In this document: positions 55,876-64,000 of the stretch, piece by piece | Position numbering within the stretch: the stretch's first letter is position 1 | Layout of the letters: every line of letters starts with the position of its first letter | Source of the DNA: a virus | Taxonomy: Duplodnaviria; Caudoviricetes | IMG/VR virus record: IMGVR_UViG_3300011862_000001 | Span: 1-64,000 of that record | DNA: 64,000 bases | Strand: one strand, 5' to 3' | The notes under the pieces: generated by a model | The model's input: only the letters and a program-made list of their open reading frames with translations | Told to the model about the DNA's origin: nothing | Database searches by the model: none | Translations under genes and position numbers: made by a program

Positions 55876-55971
55876 GAACGATGAAGTTAGAGGCATAAAC
55901 ACCCGACTCATAATCGGACAGCGGTTTACCTGGCAGGTACTCCTTCGCAGTTTCGAATCCTGTCATCGTTC
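55876..55971 (+). pseudogene. aberrant tRNA-like element with CAT anticodon and long variable arm
   Basis: GAACGATGA/TCATCGTTC stem, CCGA-CTCATAA-TCGG arm, TTCGAATCC loop; no CCA. Confidence 0.55.
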
Positions 55972-55990
55972 GATCTAATTAAACTCAGAT

Positions 55991-56007
55991 ATATTTTACC
56001 TAAATGA
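55991..56007 (+). promoter_or_regulatory. putative early promoter
   Basis: CAGAT-ATATTTTAC-N5-TG. Confidence 0.6.
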
Positions 56008-56034
56008 ATCAGTAAATATATTTGAGAGGTAATA

Positions 56035-56574
56035 ATGAAAACATTTTCTTTACCACCTGGCGACTGGGTGCCTGCACCTGATGCCCCCGACCTGTTTATG
56101 GTCTCGAGGAAAGGTGAGCTTTATTCCCTTCGTTCTAATCGCATCGTTTCTCAAAATGTGATAGGCAATGGGTATCTTGCCCACGTCACGAAAGTAGGTG
56201 GGAGGAAAGGGACTAATCTTGTGCTTAAAACGCACATACAGGTGGCCAAAGCTTTTCATCCCAACCCTGAGAACAAACCGGAAGTTAATCACAAAAACGG
56301 TATCAAGACTTGTAATGAGGATTGGAACGTTGAGTGGTCTACGCGGCAAGAGAATATTGACCATGCGGTTGAAACTGGTCTTTTTTCATGCATATCTTCC
56401 CATTCCGGCACAAAGCTTCCGAGAATGTCCGGCGAGCAAATTCGCGAGCTGTTAGAAAATCCAGCTGGCAGCGTCAGGGATTGTGCGAAAGAATATAATG
56501 TGGACCGTAAAACTATTCAGAACATACGGAAAAATCCTGCGCATTATCTCGCCATGACTCTTACAAAGAAGTAA
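56035..56574 (+). CDS. free-standing NUMOD4/HNH homing endonuclease
   Basis: VS.KG, H..VAKAF.PNPENKPEVNHKNGIK..N...N.EW.T..EN..HA and a C-terminal HTH. Confidence 0.9.
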   Translation: MKTFSLPPGDWVPAPDAPDLFMVSRKGELYSLRSNRIVSQNVIGNGYLAHVTKVGGRKGTNLVLKTHIQVAKAFHPNPENKPEVNHKNGIKTCNEDWNVEWSTRQENIDHAVETGLFSCISSHSGTKLPRMSGEQIRELLENPAGSVRDCAKEYNVDRKTIQNIRKNPAHYLAMTLTKK

Positions 56575-56591
56575 TCGTTCGCCCTTATTCT

Positions 56592-56667
56592 TGGTGATTA
56601 GTTCAGTCGGTAGAACAGTGGACTGTTAATCCATACGTCACAGGTTCGATTCCTGTATCACCAGCCA
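56592..56667 (+). tRNA. trnN: tRNA-Asn(GTT)
   Basis: TGGTGAT/ATCACCA acceptor stem, TGGA-CTGTTAA-TCCA anticodon arm, GGTTCGATTCC, CCA. Confidence 0.95.
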
Positions 56668-56967
56668 TATTTTGCACTGCCCCTTATCCCGAAAGGCATT
56701 CCGAAAAATATCATTCATGGTCGGGGGTAGTGCAGAACCAAATCCCAGCTTTTGCACCTCAAACCGCCTACCTGCATGGGCTCCTCAGGGTGCGAGGGCT
56801 GGGTCCAAATACAGGCCGGGAGCCAATTGGGTTTTTAGTGCTATTATGCCGTCGAACCATCACGGCTTCCGGTCTGTGCCAACTTTGCTGGTTAACAGTA
56901 AAGCCCTTGCGGGGGATAAGCCGCTAACAACAACAATAGAAACAGAAACAGTAATAAGGTAGTCAAC

Positions 56968-57447
56968 ATGTATACAGTGATGCGTATTGTAGGGGGCAAC
57001 CGCTCGCCTATCGACCTGGAAGAGTACACGCTGGGTGACCACAACTCACAGGTGTTTGCGGAAGCGATGCGTTATGCCAAAGAATCGGATGTTTATCAGC
57101 AAGTGTCCCTGGCGGACGCCTCGCAACTGATAAAGGCGCAGAAAGAGTTTGAGTCTGTTGAGTGCGAGAACGCTGCGAACTACTGCCAAGAGATAAGCTG
57201 TGTGGAGTTAGAGCTTCACCATCCGTCTACTGGCTTGCCACCGAGCGAAATGGTGTGCATGGGCACCCGTTCAGGTTCTCGTGCGTTAGAAGACGCTATC
57301 GGTGTGTTGGCGTACGAACTGCCAGACGTAACAGACCCTGATGACCCTGGCTATATGTGCCAGACATCACGTTGGGAATTCATCTATCCGGGCGATTCTG
57401 TCTTTGTGACGAACCGCTTTGGTAAGACCGTGGATTCTCTGCGCTAA
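56968..57447 (+). CDS. hypothetical protein
   Basis: 159-aa ORF with TAAGGT SD. Confidence 0.75.
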   Translation: MYTVMRIVGGNRSPIDLEEYTLGDHNSQVFAEAMRYAKESDVYQQVSLADASQLIKAQKEFESVECENAANYCQEISCVELELHHPSTGLPPSEMVCMGTRSGSRALEDAIGVLAYELPDVTDPDDPGYMCQTSRWEFIYPGDSVFVTNRFGKTVDSLR

Positions 57448-57540
57448 CCATATTAGCATGCTCGCTAATGGCTACTCTGGGATTGACCCTCCCGTGCCTG
57501 AAGAGTAGTAGATGTACCTTTGTAAAAGCCACACCAGCTC

Positions 57541-57583
57541 GGTATTACCCACCCTTCGGGGTGGGTAATACCTTATATTTTTT
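57541..57583 (+). terminator. terminator closing the tRNA island
   Basis: GGTATTACCCACCC-TTCG-GGGTGGGTAATACC followed by Ts. Confidence 0.88.
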
Positions 57584-57588
57584 CAGAT

Positions 57589-57605
57589 ATATATTACCTA
57601 GGTGA
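57589..57605 (+). promoter_or_regulatory. early (virion RNAP) promoter
   Basis: Exact TATATTAC followed by N5-TG. Confidence 0.75.
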
Positions 57606-57649
57606 CATTGACGTACTAATCTTTTTCACTGACTATCAAGGAAACTATC

Positions 57650-58642
57650 ATGCGCCCAATCGCCTCTTCTGCTGTTGAGACATTAACTTCATTAGGCTAC
57701 ACTGAACTGGAAGCGAAACGCATCCGTCCGTATCTGCCAAAACATTTCCAGATTGACCACCCGGCCCCGCCGCGTACCAACGTGGAGTTCTGGTTGGCTT
57801 ACTACGCCGCTCAACACTTTACCACCTCCTCAGCCAGCCGGGGTAAGTTTACCTCCGAATTGGTTGTCGGTTTCTGGCCTTATAACAACATCACTTACAC
57901 CTGCGATGCGTTTACCGTGAGCTTCTCTGAGATTGAGTTTATCCGCCACTTCGGCGAAGCTCTGTTCACCGACTTCGACACCAACCTCGGTCGTCGTGTG
58001 GTGGCCCTCAACAATGACGGCAGTCTCAAGTTAAAGAACCGCCCTTTGCAAATTCGCCTGCGTGAGATTGAGGTGGAAATCGAGGAAATCAAAAACGATT
58101 ACGGTTTCCACTACGGCTGGTTCCAAACCCGTTACCACACCGGCAACCTGCAATTGCCACCGCGTGGTTGTCCGAACGTGAAAAGCATCCTGCCCCTGTT
58201 AGCCCAGGCTGCCCTCGCCCTGGAGTATCAGGTGGATGCTCACCACCGTCGGATGTTATCGAACCAACTGGACTACGTAGCTATTGCTAAGTTCTTGTTT
58301 TTCCTGGAATACAACAGAATGCGTGGCATGCCGCTTAAGGAGTTCAGTTCCCTGCGCAATCAGATATTTAGAAACATGCTCTCCCGCAGTCCTATCAATT
58401 GCAATATCCGTGTCGATGTACCGACCAGTGTGTTTATGGTGCCGAATAAAGGCTTCTTTACCGCCGACGGTTTTAGACAGTTCCCGATTGGCAACGGCTC
58501 ACCGTACGCCAACTATTATATCGGCGACTTGCTGGTACGTTACACAGACCACACCAACAGCATGCGTACGTGTGTCAAGGTGCCTGAGTCGTTGTACGAT
58601 ATGTTTACCGAAGCCGAATGGGCTGAAGCGGTAAGTGCTTGA
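57650..58642 (+). CDS. hypothetical early protein
   Basis: 330-aa ORF with AAGGA SD; terminator at ~58650-58678. Confidence 0.78.
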   Translation: MRPIASSAVETLTSLGYTELEAKRIRPYLPKHFQIDHPAPPRTNVEFWLAYYAAQHFTTSSASRGKFTSELVVGFWPYNNITYTCDAFTVSFSEIEFIRHFGEALFTDFDTNLGRRVVALNNDGSLKLKNRPLQIRLREIEVEIEEIKNDYGFHYGWFQTRYHTGNLQLPPRGCPNVKSILPLLAQAALALEYQVDAHHRRMLSNQLDYVAIAKFLFFLEYNRMRGMPLKEFSSLRNQIFRNMLSRSPINCNIRVDVPTSVFMVPNKGFFTADGFRQFPIGNGSPYANYYIGDLLVRYTDHTNSMRTCVKVPESLYDMFTEAEWAEAVSA

Positions 58643-58711
58643 TTAAACTAGGCGGGTTCGTCCCGCCTTCTTTTTTTACTGGTGATGGATTTTTTATAGG
58701 AGGATAACCCC

Positions 58712-59158
58712 ATGAACAATGTGAAGTACAACGGTTTTCAGAACACGCTCGAGCAATTGTTAAAAGAAGACCTGTTCGACGTTTTGGAAAAAAATATATT
58801 ACCCAGCCACTTCCTGCCGAGCAATCGCTACGACGAAGTGTTACTGGAAACGGGTCTCGGTTATGTCATGAACGACCCGATGTTTATTGACTGGCGACAC
58901 ACGCTAAAGCTGCAAGGCGAAATGCAATGTGTGCGTAGCGGTGAAGATACCCCGGTGATTGAAACCGGCTATAACCTGTCGATTGACGAGGTCCGTGCGC
59001 TTCGTTTAAACCACCGGGTTCTGCTCACCTTTATGCGCTCTATGGCAAGAGCACTGTGCGATCGTGCCCTACCTTATGACGAGGTGTTTGCGTGCATCCT
59101 GGATGCGATTTACACCCAAGAACATGTGATGTCCAGTCGCCTGGAGAACATCCACTGA
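58712..59158 (+). CDS. hypothetical protein
   Basis: 148-aa ORF with AGGAGG SD. Confidence 0.75.
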   Translation: MNNVKYNGFQNTLEQLLKEDLFDVLEKNILPSHFLPSNRYDEVLLETGLGYVMNDPMFIDWRHTLKLQGEMQCVRSGEDTPVIETGYNLSIDEVRALRLNHRVLLTFMRSMARALCDRALPYDEVFACILDAIYTQEHVMSSRLENIH

Positions 59159-59225
59159 TTTTTTACGCCAGAGACCCTCCCTATAGGGAATCTGTGCTCT
59201 ACAAGATTCCGATAGGAGATGAAGC

Positions 59226-59609
59226 ATGAAGACGAAGCTGCGTCCGATGGACGTCATCCTCGCTGACCCGGAAACGTTAAGTAAGATTAAACCAAAATCA
59301 GAACTTGACTCGGCTTTGTTGGATAGTATCGAATGGGGATTTGCATTCCACCCGAACGAAACCTCCAACACTCGACGCATTGACGTGTCGGATGAGGTGG
59401 AAATAGACTGGAGTGAAAAAGAAGGGTTTGACGACGTTAAGCGTTACGTTGCCGAAGCAACGGTCCCTGCTAACATTCCGATTGCGGGACGTGCCGAACA
59501 CATCATCTCGCTGCGCCGTATTTGTAACGCCCAGGACGAAAGCGTACGAAACGGTGAAGCGTGGACGTATGGTACTGCCAGCCATTTGAAGAATGTACTT
59601 CAGCAGTGA
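59226..59609 (+). CDS. hypothetical protein
   Basis: 127-aa ORF with AGGAG SD. Confidence 0.75.
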   Translation: MKTKLRPMDVILADPETLSKIKPKSELDSALLDSIEWGFAFHPNETSNTRRIDVSDEVEIDWSEKEGFDDVKRYVAEATVPANIPIAGRAEHIISLRRICNAQDESVRNGEAWTYGTASHLKNVLQQ

Positions 59610-59655
59610 AGCCATCCCCCGCCAACACGCGGGGGAGAGCCTTTCTTTTTTTTGC

Positions 59656-60468
59656 TTACGACTTAAAGCGGCCACCGGACATGTAGTTGTAACGGTCACC
59701 GATATTGTCGTTGTGAATCATGGCACGTTTCACCGCAGGCAGCATATCGTTAAACGAATCGCCCGCATCTGAATAACCTTCAATCACATTACGAAACGCC
59801 CCGAACTCCATCCCGTTCTCAAGCTTACCGGCATCCATGTCAAAGATAAGTTTGTTATAGATGTATTGCTTGACGGCAAACACAGCCATATCAGCAATCA
59901 GCGGGAAGAAGTCGGCTTTGATTTCGTTAAGCTCATCAGACATCGAGAGTTTGGCCATCAGCTTGGTGGCATAGACAAACATCCCGGGGTCTTTGATTTT
60001 CACCGTGTTAGGGCCGAGTACCCTGACTTCCGGTGAGGAGATACGCGGCAGAGCCGAGTGGGAATCAACCACTTGTTGGGTGGAAGACAGCACCCCGGTG
60101 GTTGCCCCGTCCAGATAACTGCCCGCAGGCGGTAAAGTATAGGCTTGACCCGCGACCGGTGTGACAGCCAGGTAAGCGCCAATAATCTCACGCCCGCCCG
60201 TTTTGAAATCGTCAATATAGTAGATACGACTGTAGTAGTCCTCCTGGTCATTTTTGTACGGCAATCCCTGGAGGTCGATTTCTGCATACTGACCCATACG
60301 GCTAATTTCGGGTACCACGAACTCGTCGAGAACCAACGTGGTAATTTGATGGTCAACGGCGCTCGCAATTCCCGCACGACGAAGCTCTTCTGGGATAAAG
60401 GCTATCCGTAGTACGGCTTCAGGTATACGTTGGCGAATACGTCGCAGACAATAATCGATGACGTTCAT
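59656..60468 (-). CDS. conserved phiKZ-like hypothetical protein
   Basis: 270-aa ORF with AGGAG SD; TATG late-type motif at 60501-60504 (minus strand). Confidence 0.75.
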   Translation of the reverse strand: MNVIDYCLRRIRQRIPEAVLRIAFIPEELRRAGIASAVDHQITTLVLDEFVVPEISRMGQYAEIDLQGLPYKNDQEDYYSRIYYIDDFKTGGREIIGAYLAVTPVAGQAYTLPPAGSYLDGATTGVLSSTQQVVDSHSALPRISSPEVRVLGPNTVKIKDPGMFVYATKLMAKLSMSDELNEIKADFFPLIADMAVFAVKQYIYNKLIFDMDAGKLENGMEFGAFRNVIEGYSDAGDSFNDMLPAVKRAMIHNDNIGDRYNYMSGGRFKS

Positions 60469-60589
60469 TTAAAGCTCCTATGAAGCGTTTTGGCGGTGTT
60501 CATACCAACGGGTAAGGTTACCTATTACTTTTATAAAAAATACGTTAGCGTGCCATTATGTGGGCACCATAATCGAAGATTTTTGACAT

Positions 60590-60606
60590 AGATATTATCT
60601 TGATGA
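60590..60606 (+). promoter_or_regulatory. putative early promoter, with a middle-type motif upstream at 60536-60562
   Basis: AGATATTATCTTGATGA identical to 2243-2259; AAAAATAC-N15-TGTG upstream. Confidence 0.7.
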
Positions 60607-60629
60607 CATTCCATAAGGAGTATCAACCG

Positions 60630-60941
60630 ATGAAGGTGTATTTCACCCTGAACCCCCCACCGGAGGACGTCAGTGTCATCGAGATAATCCGCGGTATCCG
60701 CGAGCTGTTATTCTTGGACATTTACGATCTTCCTAAACGCGTACTCGACGCCGCCAAACTGTATGACGGTAGTGAAGCGTGGGAAACACTCTGGTGGCTT
60801 GGACGAGAACATACCGGGTCATTCACCTATTGCAATGGAGTAGTACAAACGTGGTCAAAATACACATTAAACCAGGTGAGGTGCATGCAAGCTTTTGGAA
60901 ACCCTTACTCCAATCGCCCTATGCTAGCGCACTCAGCATGA
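60630..60941 (+). CDS. hypothetical protein
   Basis: ATG 60630 with AAGGAG SD. Confidence 0.7.
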   Translation: MKVYFTLNPPPEDVSVIEIIRGIRELLFLDIYDLPKRVLDAAKLYDGSEAWETLWWLGREHTGSFTYCNGVVQTWSKYTLNQVRCMQAFGNPYSNRPMLAHSA

Positions 60942-61501
60942 CGCAGCCGCAGATGGAAGAAGTTACCATGCAGATGCTGCACACTGCCCTCGAGGATATT
61001 TTCTTGTCGGTGGAAGAGATGCCGAATGCACGCCTGTGCGATCACCTCGAACCGTATCTCAACGTCAAGTTGTTGCATGAGATGTTGCACAAAGAAGGGC
61101 GGATTGACGCGCCTGATTCAGTAAGAAGTATCTCTCGTATTGTCTTAACCACCCCGATTGGGACGGATGCCATTGATAAGCGAATGGTAGAGCAAACAGA
61201 ATACGCCTCACCTTCTTTATTGCTCGATATGGCCTTCGACCCGATGTACCGCAAGTTTGTGGAAGAACTGGAAGAGAGCATCGTTAATTCTCTACGGGTG
61301 TTAAATCGCAAGTTTAACCCGTATGCCATTGTCGAGCTGACTCCTCTATTGCTCCATACACGTATCCTCTCATTGGAACTGAGTATTGGCGATGATATCC
61401 GACATGTCTACTTTGAACAGCAATTTCCGAGCGGCCGGTACTGTTCAAACAACAATGATAAGCTTCGTGACGAACAAAGCGTATGTGAGGATACTGAATG
61501 A
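60938..61501 (+). CDS. hypothetical protein
   Basis: ATGA-coupled start at 60938 (alternative starts downstream). Confidence 0.7.
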   Translation: MTQPQMEEVTMQMLHTALEDIFLSVEEMPNARLCDHLEPYLNVKLLHEMLHKEGRIDAPDSVRSISRIVLTTPIGTDAIDKRMVEQTEYASPSLLLDMAFDPMYRKFVEELEESIVNSLRVLNRKFNPYAIVELTPLLLHTRILSLELSIGDDIRHVYFEQQFPSGRYCSNNNDKLRDEQSVCEDTE

Positions 61502-61835
61502 GGATTTTCCTTACAGCAGCTATGATGCTGCGGTAAAGATAAAGCAAATCATTCTGGATCTGTTTGAGTACCTGTTAGCGAATTTGAACGAACACGGATC
61601 GTGGGATTCGAATGTGGTGTACACCATTGCGAAATGTACCCGCAGTAATACCACTCGCGAGGAAGCCAACTGCTGGGCCCGTATTGTACGCCAGGCGTTG
61701 TGCGAAGAACTCCAGATTCCTTCCAAAGGCTATCGCGTCTACTATCGCGTGGTGGGGGAATTTATCCAATTCGTTCCTAAGAGGATGCCGAACTATGAAG
61801 ACCATCTTTGTGGAGCTCTCCCCAGTCTATCGTGA
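61386..61835 (+). CDS. hypothetical protein (start uncertain, probably downstream)
   Basis: ORF fills the gap in an overlapping gene chain. Confidence 0.55.
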   Translation: MAMISDMSTLNSNFRAAGTVQTTMISFVTNKAYVRILNEDFPYSSYDAAVKIKQIILDLFEYLLANLNEHGSWDSNVVYTIAKCTRSNTTREEANCWARIVRQALCEELQIPSKGYRVYYRVVGEFIQFVPKRMPNYEDHLCGALPSLS

Positions 61836-62202
61836 GTTTGCAACGATACTGGAGAACTTCGGCCTCAGTTACACAACCTGCCCTGATACGATTGACTATT
61901 ACATCGAGCAGTTAGTGCGACTTGAGGTAGCACGACGATGGTTCAATAGTGATTTATCACGCGCTCAGGACTATCTTAAGAGACACATCGCCAACTACCC
62001 CGTGAGTCAGGATTACTTCCTTAATCAGGCTATCCAAACTTACGTGATATATTCACCAGCGTTATGGCGAGCGGTGTCTGACACCTTAACCTTTACTCCA
62101 CGCGCGTACTTCATGATGTGGCATGTTGAACGTGGGTTGTGGAAAATGATTGCATCAGGAGTAGACCCTTATGTACAGCAGTTCCTACTTTCTCATTCCT
62201 GA
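61795..62202 (+). CDS. hypothetical protein
   Basis: ATG 61795 with GAGGA upstream. Confidence 0.65.
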   Translation: MKTIFVELSPVYREFATILENFGLSYTTCPDTIDYYIEQLVRLEVARRWFNSDLSRAQDYLKRHIANYPVSQDYFLNQAIQTYVIYSPALWRAVSDTLTFTPRAYFMMWHVERGLWKMIASGVDPYVQQFLLSHS

Positions 62203-62677
62203 CTATCAGGAAGTGGCGGGTCCGCTTACCGAGTTTGACCCCAACGCGGTGTTGCGTGAGATTAATGACGATCTCAACAGCGTGATTAACCTGGCGTTCA
62301 AATTCGTGGAGGAAGGTTCCATTGGCGACACCCTGCCGTATATGCTGCCGAACACCTTTAAGTACGTGTCCACGGAACTGGCGACCATGGGCGTGTTACT
62401 GACGGATGCCCAGGCGATGGAATACGGCCGTGCCATTCAAGACGTGGCCCGGGGATTCATGACCGCTGTGTCTACCTCCCCACACTGGTTTACCCGTTAT
62501 GGCAAGTGGATAGCCGCCCGTTACAGCGCTACGCGAATCGGTGCGGTGGAGTTTAAGCTTGACTATAACCAAGTGAAGTTCCCGGCGCTTGAGAACCGTG
62601 AAACGTTTGAGCGGGTGAGTCCACGCATGTTAACGGTCATTGACATGCTGATAGGCTCACTGGGAGGGCGTCTATGA
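62171..62677 (+). CDS. hypothetical protein
   Basis: 168-aa ORF with AGGAG SD. Confidence 0.75.
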   Translation: MYSSSYFLIPDYQEVAGPLTEFDPNAVLREINDDLNSVINLAFKFVEEGSIGDTLPYMLPNTFKYVSTELATMGVLLTDAQAMEYGRAIQDVARGFMTAVSTSPHWFTRYGKWIAARYSATRIGAVEFKLDYNQVKFPALENRETFERVSPRMLTVIDMLIGSLGGRL

Positions 62678-63240
62678 TTGTTTACTACGACGCCACCGAA
62701 CAAGTGGCGCAGTATGGTAAAGCCAAGTTCTACGAGATGGTGCGCGAGCATATCGCGCAAATCTTTGAGGCCAGCGGGTTGGAAGTGTGTGGTGATGATC
62801 AGGCCATCATCGCTATCTACCAACAATACGCGTACGCCTTTGCGATTGGTGCGAAAACGCAGAACCCATTGTTGTTTCAGGAGAATTTCTTTGAGGAGTT
62901 CATTGATCCGATTGGCGGTTGGGAAACGGTGACCGATAACTCGGGACAGCTGTTACTCGAAGCAGGGGTGGAACGTGGGTTAATCAAAGGACCGTTGGTG
63001 GTATCTGACTCCGCTGCCTCTGTGACCTACACCGAGGTGGTGGTTCCCAATTCTGCGGGTACCGCACACGCACAACAACTTGCCCTTCGCACTTCGCTTG
63101 AGATGTTCCACCGTGAGTGTGTGGAATCCGTCGGTCTGTATGGCTTAATGCAACAACTGTTCCCTGGGCGTTACCTTAATCATTATGGTGACGATTTCAA
63201 AGGTCTAATATTGGTGTGCGAGCATGAAGGTTTATTTTGA
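62674..63240 (+). CDS. hypothetical protein
   Basis: 188-aa ORF with GGAGG SD and ATGA overlap. Confidence 0.75.
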   Translation: MIVYYDATEQVAQYGKAKFYEMVREHIAQIFEASGLEVCGDDQAIIAIYQQYAYAFAIGAKTQNPLLFQENFFEEFIDPIGGWETVTDNSGQLLLEAGVERGLIKGPLVVSDSAASVTYTEVVVPNSAGTAHAQQLALRTSLEMFHRECVESVGLYGLMQQLFPGRYLNHYGDDFKGLILVCEHEGLF

Positions 63241-63658
63241 TCTCGGTGATGTGTGTGATATTGATGGCATTCTCGGTCGTGTGGTGCCCCACAGGAACGC
63301 TGATGACCACAAAATCGCTAACCTGTGTTACCTGTTTGTGGCGCAATATGCTCTCGCCTCTGTAAAAGCCATCGTCATATCTGGCGTGGGTGAAAACTTC
63401 GTGACGTTCACCCCACCGAACCAACACAAAATCTTCGCGGAAATGAGTGGCGTGTGGGGTGATGAAAATATCATCTTGTTGAAGCTGACCTTTGATTCTA
63501 TTGATTTGGAAGAGGAAGTCAGATTCGCAGAGTTACAAACGGTGATTAATACTGTCCTTGTTCGCTCTGGCAAATCCCGTGTTGAAATGGCAATGAGCGC
63601 GAAAGTCTCACTCATTATGAACGAGATTGGTAACGCACTCATTTGCCTGGAGTGCTAA
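63224..63658 (+). CDS. hypothetical protein
   Basis: 144-aa ORF in the operon. Confidence 0.7.
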   Translation: MKVYFDLGDVCDIDGILGRVVPHRNADDHKIANLCYLFVAQYALASVKAIVISGVGENFVTFTPPNQHKIFAEMSGVWGDENIILLKLTFDSIDLEEEVRFAELQTVINTVLVRSGKSRVEMAMSAKVSLIMNEIGNALICLEC

Positions 63659-63667
63659 GGAGCGTAC

Positions 63668-64000
63668 ATGATTTACAAAGTGTTAGCCGTGCACAAATGG
63701 GCCATGAAGCTCGGCGTCATCGGTTACCTGACAGACGGCGAAGTGTTTCAGCAAGCCGTGGAGAAGCTGGTCGTCAGCTTTCCCAAGATGTACATTGACT
63801 TGCCGGAACGTGAGCTGGATAGTGATACCATTTATACGGCTTTTCACCACACTGCTGCGCGTTACTTGTCGGATTACAAAGCCCCGTTATCGCGTGCAGA
63901 ACTGACATTGATTAAAGGCTTTCTGGATTCGCTTAACGACGAATACCGACGTTGGCGATTTGATGCCGGGATGGGTTGTCAACGCGATGACTCGGTGATG
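63668..64000 (+). CDS. hypothetical protein, truncated by the window end
   Basis: AAGGAG SD; MIYKVLAVHKW... is open to the edge. Confidence 0.7.
   Translation, partial: MIYKVLAVHKWAMKLGVIGYLTDGEVFQQAVEKLVVSFPKMYIDLPERELDSDTIYTAFHHTAARYLSDYKAPLSRAELTLIKGFLDSLNDEYRRWRFDAGMGCQRDDSVM

Noticed and set aside
52100-57600. CRISPR array, tmRNA, RNase P RNA or SRP RNA
   Set aside because: No regularly spaced direct repeats, and none of the hallmark sequences could be recognised by eye
1-64000. Alternative genetic code or stop-codon reassignment
   Set aside because: Standard-code ORFs tile the window densely, and no suppressor tRNA is present

Overview
A 64-kb segment of a phiKZ-like (nucleus-forming, Chimalliviridae-type) jumbo myophage. 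From memory, its gene order resembles the enterobacterial SPN3US/Erwinia jumbo phages. It encodes four split virion RNA polymerase subunits, a 2,465-aa tape-measure/lytic transglycosylase, prohead protease, tail tube and sheath, large terminase and nucleotide-metabolism enzymes (ThyA, MazG-like, HAD, HD). Highlights: (1) thyA is doubly invaded, by an ORF-less group I intron (8742-9112) and by a ~200-aa HNH homing-endonuclease-like domain fused in frame in a surface loop, with no intein or intron signature; (2) a ~5-kb RNA island (52800-57570) where a repeated promoter motif (AC-N15-T[A/G]TG) precedes ORF-less, highly base-paired segments (candidate novel ncRNAs), among three intact tRNAs, two aberrant tRNA-like elements and a free-standing HNH gene; (3) an adjacent palindrome-, AT- and GATC-rich origin/pac candidate; (4) several proteins with unexpected motifs: a CYTH-like enzyme with a probable head-protease propeptide, a NADAR-like protein, a non-RNR protein ending in the NrdA redox tail, and a degenerate ligase-like fold. 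All homology calls were made by eye from motifs and gene order; no searches were run.
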